Shown piece by piece: positions 26,710-32,222 of a DNA stretch of 32,222 nucleotides. This DNA is from a virus (taxonomy: Duplodnaviria > Caudoviricetes): IMG/VR virus record IMGVR_UViG_3300049857_000042, positions 1 through 32,222 of that record; one strand, 5' to 3'. Every line of letters begins with the position of its first letter. Within the stretch, counting starts at the first letter, position 1. Under the pieces are notes generated by a model. It saw nothing but the letters and a program-made list of their open reading frames with translations, had not been told where the DNA came from and did not search any database. The position numbers were made by a program, and so were the translations under genes.

Positions 26710-28269
26710 CTACTGTGTTTGGTTTGGTCTTGACTCTGGAGTCTGCTTAGCTCCCTGCTGGTTACCATCGTTGAACTGACCGTTACTCTTTTGTTCAGGA
26801 TCCATCGATCCCATGCCGTCAATTATGGACTGCATGTTGTCCTCAGCTTCCTTATCCAAAGCCTCAACCCACGCATCAACCTCGGAGTCTGACCAGTCTG
26901 GGTGAAGCATCTTGATAGCCTGAGATCTTGTGGCAAGCTTAAGATCGCGCATTCCTTTAACCTCTTCAAGCTTCTGAGAGAACGACTTTAAGAGCTTAAC
27001 CTCGCAGAACTCAACTCCGAAGGTTTCTTTGAAGCTCTCGCTGAATACGCGCTTCTCGATAACCTCAGGTCTTCCTGTCCACACGCGCTGCATGTCCGCC
27101 ATCAAAGACCAAAGCTCGTACTCAACGCACGAGAACACCTCAACCTGCGACTTCTTCTCCGAAGATATGTCACCCTCGTCGATAGCCTTAGCTATTCCTG
27201 AGGCGTCTCTACCGTTAGACAGAGAACCGTTGGTGTTAGCCTTGATGCCTAGGCTGTCAAGATGAGCGTTGAACTGAAACTCTATAAGAGAAAGCTGATT
27301 AGGTACGTCAACAGTAGGGTTGATAGTACCAATCTCAGGATCACCAGTACCGTCAGCTTCGCTATCTCCAAGATCAACAATCGCATCTGGGTTTAACTCC
27401 TGGTTGTTAAGCTTAACGTTCTTGGTCCACGTTATCGAGTGTGAGCAGAACTGGGCAGCGTAGTTCAAGTCTGTGAGCAGCTTAGGTATCAAGATCGAGA
27501 AGTCAAACCCTGGCTGGTTAGGATAAGGCATAAGCTCGGTAACTGTTCTTTTACAATAAACGAAAGGTATGCGACCGACGGGGTTAGACGTGTTGCTTAT
27601 TCGCATCTCCGCCATGATGTCGGCTCGTATACCGCCGTTTGAGTCAATAACTAAAAACTCTGTGTCGCTGTATAAAGCGAAGATGTCTACAAGCTCTGGA
27701 CGCTTGTCCGTGTCTTGTCTCGTTCCATCCCTTGAAGGGTTAGAGGGACCAACCATCATCTGAACGCGCGATCCTAGAAACTTTATGAACACGGTATGCT
27801 TGGACGGGTCAGTCTTGCTGTCGCTGTAAACTAGGAACTGGTGAGGGCTTAGTACCCTAACCTTGTGCATGCCTTCCTCTATGAAAGGCTCGAGAGCGAA
27901 GCTGAAGAGTCCGTTGTAGAACTTGTTGGCAACGTCTAGGATAACGTTTACCTTAGACTCCTTAGCGATCCTCTCCATGATCTCAACGTCTGTCTTGTTG
28001 TCAGCCTTTCTTCGAGGCGGCTCAACGTATATCTTAGACAGCTTGCTTGTTGTTCGCTGAAGTATGTTAAGAGACGGGATGCGCTGAACGCACCTGTTGT
28101 AGGCTGACTTGGAGATGATCTCCTTAGACAGGCTATCCTCTATCTCTTTACGGATCTGACCTTCAAGTATCTTGTACAGACGGAAGTTGAACTCAAGGTT
28201 CTGCTTCCAGTTACGTATGTGAGTAAGTATGTCCGGTACAAGGTCTTTCAAGGGTTTTGATGTTCTCAT
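26710..28269 (-). CDS. portal protein
   Basis: About 519 aa directly after TerL. NPVGRIPFV and ASGIAKAI motifs. Start reassigned to ATG 28269 with an AAGGAAG RBS. Confidence 0.85.
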   Translation of the reverse strand: MRTSKPLKDLVPDILTHIRNWKQNLEFNFRLYKILEGQIRKEIEDSLSKEIISKSAYNRCVQRIPSLNILQRTTSKLSKIYVEPPRRKADNKTDVEIMERIAKESKVNVILDVANKFYNGLFSFALEPFIEEGMHKVRVLSPHQFLVYSDSKTDPSKHTVFIKFLGSRVQMMVGPSNPSRDGTRQDTDKRPELVDIFALYSDTEFLVIDSNGGIRADIMAEMRISNTSNPVGRIPFVYCKRTVTELMPYPNQPGFDFSILIPKLLTDLNYAAQFCSHSITWTKNVKLNNQELNPDAIVDLGDSEADGTGDPEIGTINPTVDVPNQLSLIEFQFNAHLDSLGIKANTNGSLSNGRDASGIAKAIDEGDISSEKKSQVEVFSCVEYELWSLMADMQRVWTGRPEVIEKRVFSESFKETFGVEFCEVKLLKSFSQKLEEVKGMRDLKLATRSQAIKMLHPDWSDSEVDAWVEALDKEAEDNMQSIIDGMGSMDPEQKSNGQFNDGNQQGAKQTPESRPNQTQ

Positions 28270-28277
28270 CGACTTCC

Positions 28278-29474
28278 TTAAATGTAGGTTACGCCACCCT
28301 CGCGTTTTGGCTTCCTTAGAGGGTTCAGCTTCCAGCACATGTATCCGAGCGCGTCAGATATGTGGCTAAGCATCGGGTCTTTGTTGTCGTAAGTAAGCTT
28401 CTCGAGATCCTCTATCAGCTTCTTGCATCTGGGATCTATAACAACCATGCCGTGCTCGAAGAGCCTGTTCATGTTGTTGTATCTGTCCTTGATCTCTGGG
28501 TTCTTGAACTTGTAGTCTACGAGCAAGTTTGCTCTTCTGAGGATCTCGTAGTCAGTAGAGTTAGACGAGGTCTTTCTCTTCTTGCCGCTGTCGTCGCCGA
28601 TGACTGAGACCGCTGTAGAGGGATAACGTTCGCATATCTCTCTGGCTGCTTTAAAAGTGTTAGAGTCTTCCTGGTAGAGCTCGTTCGAGATGTATATCTT
28701 GTCGCTGCTCTGGTAGCCGAATACGCCACAAAGGGGATGAACGTTAAAGTCCAGACCGCAATAAATAGTTTGATGTCGCTCATTGACTTCCTTGCAGTTC
28801 TTCGTTCTGTCGAACGCGTAGTAAACCTTACCGCTTGACAGGTTAACAAACTGACCCTCAAGCTCCTGCTGAGCTAGACGGGTGTCGTAGTTTGCTCGAA
28901 GCGTGTTGACGTAAGTCTCAGTCAGGTTCGAAACGTTGTCTACGGTCTTTGAGTATATAACCCTAGACTGCGGGACAGGAGCCTCAACGAACTTGGTGTA
29001 GAGCCAGTTGAAGCCGTTAGGCGTCGTTGTACCCTTCCACTGACAAGGACCCTTCCGGTCCCTTATCCTACCTATCAAGACGTTGTACGCCTCTTCTCGG
29101 TAGAACGCGCACTCATCCGACCATACCCATCCAACCTCGATACCACGAAGTATATCGTAGTTCTCCATGGATATGGTAAAGATCTCTGTCTCTCCGATGC
29201 GCACGATCCCTTCCTTCTGAAGGAACCGGTACTCTATCTCGTTCTGTCTTAGAACCTCGAAGAACTTAGGAAGCGTTGCCTTGTTAAGCTGCGAGTAGGA
29301 GTTGGCTGTTATCAGGCCTTTTGTGTTGGGATACTGATTTGACATCAACATAGCCCAGGCAGCACCGCCGTAGGTTTTACCTGACCCTAGTCCTCCGCAG
29401 AACAGAGCGTACTTCTCTCTCGCAGTTAGAAACTCCATCTGCGTTGGAGAGAGGAACATTTCTTTGCTGTTCAT
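28278..29474 (-). CDS. terL: terminase large subunit
   Basis: Walker A GGLGSGKT, LRG, Walker B WVWSDE, TTTP.G, nuclease GLDFN and HISDALGY. Confidence 0.95.
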   Translation of the reverse strand: MNSKEMFLSPTQMEFLTAREKYALFCGGLGSGKTYGGAAWAMLMSNQYPNTKGLITANSYSQLNKATLPKFFEVLRQNEIEYRFLQKEGIVRIGETEIFTISMENYDILRGIEVGWVWSDECAFYREEAYNVLIGRIRDRKGPCQWKGTTTPNGFNWLYTKFVEAPVPQSRVIYSKTVDNVSNLTETYVNTLRANYDTRLAQQELEGQFVNLSSGKVYYAFDRTKNCKEVNERHQTIYCGLDFNVHPLCGVFGYQSSDKIYISNELYQEDSNTFKAAREICERYPSTAVSVIGDDSGKKRKTSSNSTDYEILRRANLLVDYKFKNPEIKDRYNNMNRLFEHGMVVIDPRCKKLIEDLEKLTYDNKDPMLSHISDALGYMCWKLNPLRKPKREGGVTYI

Positions 29475-29884
29475 TCGTTCTCGACCTTCTGAGACGGTAC
29501 AACCGCTAGAGGTTTGCTAAAATCTTTCTCTTTAAAAATAATTGTCTCTGGTCTCTTAGGAACGTCAACCTCAACCTCGAAGAGACCTGCAAGCTTAGCC
29601 TGCGCGTTGGTTGCCTCGAGAGCGGTCTTAAGGTTACCCTTCTCTATGGCCTTCTGGAAGATACCTTCCTGTCTTGCCATGAGGTTAGCTCGGAGCTCGC
29701 CTCGCTGCTCCTGCATCAGACCCTGCATATCCTTTAGAAGCTGATCGTACTGCTTGATGACCGTAGGCTTCGTGATCTTCTCTTCATCGGCAACTATGCG
29801 TACGATGTTGTTGCGGTTCACACCCTGAGCCATAAGCTCCTGGATGCGCTGCTCGCGTCTAATCATCTGTGCCTTGGTTGCCAT
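29471..29884 (-). CDS. terS: terminase small subunit
   Basis: N-terminal HTH-like segment, helical body, AKLAGL motif. ATGA-coupled to TerL. Confidence 0.75.
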   Translation of the reverse strand: MATKAQMIRREQRIQELMAQGVNRNNIVRIVADEEKITKPTVIKQYDQLLKDMQGLMQEQRGELRANLMARQEGIFQKAIEKGNLKTALEATNAQAKLAGLFEVEVDVPKRPETIIFKEKDFSKPLAVVPSQKVENE

Positions 29885-29901
29885 AAGATATCCTTATACC
29901 T

Positions 29902-29946
29902 ATTATAGTTAAATTCTTGACAAAAGAACCTGAGGAACAATATATT
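29902..29946. promoter_or_regulatory. divergent promoter region
   Basis: On +: TTGACA (29917-29922), 18 nt, TATATT (29941-29946) toward the endolysin. On -: TATAAT (29907-29902) toward terS, with no recognisable -35. Confidence 0.55.
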
Positions 29947-29990
29947 GCAGATGACGGCGGGATGCATAAGAAATTCTTATGGGAGGTCTG

Positions 29991-30422
29991 ATGAGAACCA
30001 TAAAAAAAATAATAGTTCACTGCAGCGACTCTGAGGACAGCCTAGACATAGGCTTCAGGGAGATCGATGAGTGGCACAGAGCTAGAGGATGGCTAAGCCC
30101 ATCAGGCATAAGCTGTGGTTATCACTTCATTATACGAAGGTTCGGCAAGATCGAGCAAGGACGACCGGTGTCAGAAACGGGCGCTCACGTCGAAGGTCAC
30201 AACTCAGACTCCATCGGCATCTGCGTGGTAGGCCGAAAGAAGTTCGACCCAGTACAGATAGACGTCTTGTATCGCAAGGTTAAGGACCTTATGGTCCAGT
30301 ACAACGTACCGGTAGACAAGGTCTTCGGTCACTGCGAGATGGACACAGGCAAGGCACAGGGTAAGACCTGCCCCAACATGGACATGAACCGGGTAAGAGC
30401 CGAGCTGCTCTTCGTAAAGTAG
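29991..30422 (+). CDS. endolysin, N-acetylmuramoyl-L-alanine amidase (T7 lysozyme-like)
   Basis: IIVHCS, GYHFII, GAHV.GHN..SIGIC..G, GH.E and KTCP zinc-amidase motifs. GGAGG RBS before ATG 29991. Confidence 0.93.
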   Translation: MRTIKKIIVHCSDSEDSLDIGFREIDEWHRARGWLSPSGISCGYHFIIRRFGKIEQGRPVSETGAHVEGHNSDSIGICVVGRKKFDPVQIDVLYRKVKDLMVQYNVPVDKVFGHCEMDTGKAQGKTCPNMDMNRVRAELLFVK

Positions 30423-30432
30423 GAAGTTAGGA

Positions 30433-30663
30433 ATGGACCTATCAAAGTTTCTTATACGTCACACCGGTGGAGAGAAGTCGCTAACCGCGACAGCGTTCCT
30501 CGTTGGCTTCCTGGTTGTTAACTTCAAGTTCATAACCGGAGGACTCTGGGGTACATCAGCGATATCAGGAGTTGACTACGGAGCGGCGCTCGCAGCCCTA
30601 GGCGGAGTTTACGCGCTAAGACGAAACGGAGCAAAGAATGAGACCACAGTCAGCAAAGGCTAA
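30433..30663 (+). CDS. putative holin
   Basis: Two hydrophobic segments and a basic C-terminus, directly after the endolysin. Confidence 0.6.
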   Translation: MDLSKFLIRHTGGEKSLTATAFLVGFLVVNFKFITGGLWGTSAISGVDYGAALAALGGVYALRRNGAKNETTVSKG

Positions 30664-31018
30664 GGGAAGAAGACTTCAGCAGGACGTGTGCAAGCTTCTA
30701 GTCGAGGCGCAGCCGTCTCTCGAGAAGGACGACGTAAGGTCAACTTCTATGGGAGCTCCTGGAGAAGACATCCTATTCAGCCCAGCAGCAAGACGGGTTT
30801 ATCCCTTCAGCGTCGAGTGCAAGAACGTTGAGAAGCTAAACATCTGGGAAGCCATAAAGCAGGCAGAGTCCCAGAACAGAGCGTACCCTCCGATGGTATG
30901 CTTCACAAAAAACGGAGAAGACATTTATGTTGCTGTTAAGATCAAAGATTTTCTGGATAGCTACAAGCGCGATCCTTCTGCTAGCACTCCTGTGGCAGGC
31001 AGCACACCCAAAGATTGA
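30638..31018 (+). CDS. PD-(D/E)XK Holliday-junction resolvase-like nuclease
   Basis: SAKAKGRRLQ, MGAPGEDI, SVECKN and W.A..QA motifs. Confidence 0.8.
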   Translation: MRPQSAKAKGRRLQQDVCKLLVEAQPSLEKDDVRSTSMGAPGEDILFSPAARRVYPFSVECKNVEKLNIWEAIKQAESQNRAYPPMVCFTKNGEDIYVAVKIKDFLDSYKRDPSASTPVAGSTPKD

Positions 31019-31331
31019 GTTTAAAGAGAAAACGGTCACCAAGATCCAAGAAAGGGTAAAGACTCTCACAAAAATTGTCGAGTCCCCAGACGGTACGAAA
31101 GTGACTATAATTGACACCGACGCAAGTCGGAACACCGAGACCACCTCAGAACGTAAGCAGAAGTCCGGTGGATCGTGGCAGATCGTTGCGACGATGACCC
31201 AGGATAAGATCTCTGACCCTACCCCTAGGTACGGTATAGGGTTCACAAGAGAACTGTTCCTAGGCTTGTCTGGAGGGGTTTACGGCACTTCTGACAAGGA
31301 GTACGGCCTGATCGTAACCTACTCGTTCTAG
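30927..31331 (+). CDS. putative spanin-like membrane protein
   Basis: N-terminal TM helix, Thr/Lys/Glu-rich linker, C-terminal amphipathic beta strands ending YSF. Lies in the lysis cassette. Confidence 0.5.
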   Translation: MLLLRSKIFWIATSAILLLALLWQAAHPKIEFKEKTVTKIQERVKTLTKIVESPDGTKVTIIDTDASRNTETTSERKQKSGGSWQIVATMTQDKISDPTPRYGIGFTRELFLGLSGGVYGTSDKEYGLIVTYSF

Positions 31332-31381
31332 GGTAGTGGCCATTTTTTGTTACGCTTAACTTGACAATAAAGGAGAAACCT

Positions 31382-31666
31382 ATGAGAAGTCTTATACTTA
31401 CAGTCTGCGTCCTAGTGGCCACGGTAGTGGCGAACGCCCAAGGCGGATCAAACCGACCAAGCATCAACCCGATCCAGTTCTTCGAGGAGCGTGTTCTGGC
31501 AGAGCCAGGATCCCCGCAGTACGTTGCCATGACCTACATCTACGTGTCATGTGTGACAGGCCTCTTGATCGCAACCAAGGACGAGGAGAAGGTCTCAGAA
31601 GACATGCTGCACTCCTGCCTAGCGTTCTCTGAGCAGTCTGTTCAGCAACCAGAGCCTGCAGAGTAA
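31382..31666 (+). CDS. hypothetical exported protein
   Basis: AAGGAG RBS, signal peptide MRSLILTVCVLVATVVANA|Q, two further Cys. Confidence 0.6.
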   Translation: MRSLILTVCVLVATVVANAQGGSNRPSINPIQFFEERVLAEPGSPQYVAMTYIYVSCVTGLLIATKDEEKVSEDMLHSCLAFSEQSVQQPEPAE

Positions 31667-32155
31667 CGTTCAAAAATTAATGAACATTAGCAGCAAAAAT
31701 GTAAATACCTGAGATCATTAGAGTATTCTGTATCATGATATGCTAATGATCCTCATGGGTTATGCTGCTACACTAACCCAACCCTTACGGGTTGTGTTCA
31801 TCTCTTCCTTCAATCGCAAGGAAGCAAAACACCATCCCCACAATAAAGCCTGTGACAAAAATTGTCATATCATGCGTTCCCATCTAACCACCTTTACCAC
31901 TGTATAACTTTAGTACGGCTATGCCGTCCATCGTCACCCTACATCGAGCTAACGCTTCCATGTTCCCATGGACGTACCCCGCTTTGCTTAAAATAGACCT
32001 CATCTCCACCACGCCTCACGGCGTCGCTACCCTATTCATACCCCAACTCTAACATGCCCTACCCTGCCCAGATCAAACGTAGAGGGTCAGAGGTTTCTAA
32101 CCTGCTGGCTGATCGCAACCGGGAACCATCCTACTCACTTTAAAAGACAACACGG
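31665..32155 (-). ncRNA. candidate large structured RNA, convergent with the lysis cassette
   Basis: ORF-free. Three GNRA-capped hairpins on the - strand (GUGA, GGAA, GUAA), many further stems, an 8-bp loop pseudoknot, and a candidate upstream promoter. Confidence 0.55.
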
Positions 32156-32160
32156 TCTCC

Positions 32161-32189
32161 GTTATACCCAATACATTTCAGCTAGTTAA
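32161..32189 (-). promoter_or_regulatory. candidate sigma70-like promoter TTAACT-N17-TATAAC
   Basis: -35 at 32189-32184 (4/6 match), -10 at 32166-32161 (5/6 match), pointing into the structured region. Confidence 0.4.
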
Positions 32190-32222
32190 GTGTCTCGTTG
32201 TAGGATCCTCTTTGTATAAGAG

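Noticed and set aside
7071-29884. TAG recoding (genetic code 15)
   Set aside because: Genes are full length and tightly packed in code 11, and TAG falls at gene ends followed by an RBS or start.
31361-31366. TTGACA as a -35 box, or TTG start at 31361
   Set aside because: No -10 at a suitable distance, and the AAGGAG RBS points to ATG 31382.
31913-31921. AGCCGTAC on - resembles the start of group II intron domain V
   Set aside because: The complementary 3' half and domain VI are absent, and there is no reverse transcriptase.

Overview
This window is most of the genome of a tailed dsDNA phage, probably siphovirus-like, and probably with a Gram-negative host. Positions 1-7074 (+) are a recombination and replication module: HAD-like protein, PD-(D/E)XK exonuclease, a 26-aa Lys/Pro micropeptide, Rad52-like annealing protein, PnuC-like membrane protein, primase-helicase, UDG-like protein and family-B DNA polymerase. 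Positions 7071-29884 (-) are a complete virion operon: terminases, portal, scaffold, capsid, tail tube, frameshifted tail chaperone, tape measure, hub and fibres. Positions 29991-31666 (+) are a divergent lysis cassette. The most unusual signals are: (1) a strong, strand-symmetric depletion of AAT/ATT, and to a lesser degree of homopolymer triplets, with the surviving A/T tracts packed into short islands; (2) two ORF-free regions of about 480 nt (1957-2430 on +, about 31665-32155 on -) that fold by eye into multi-hairpin, pseudoknotted RNAs; (3) an unannotated Lys/Pro peptide with a strong RBS; (4) a pair of TAACCC-N6-GGGTTA palindromes after the capsid gene. I saw no integrase, tRNA or CRISPR array. 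All family calls come from motif recognition by eye, and all counts are approximate hand counts.
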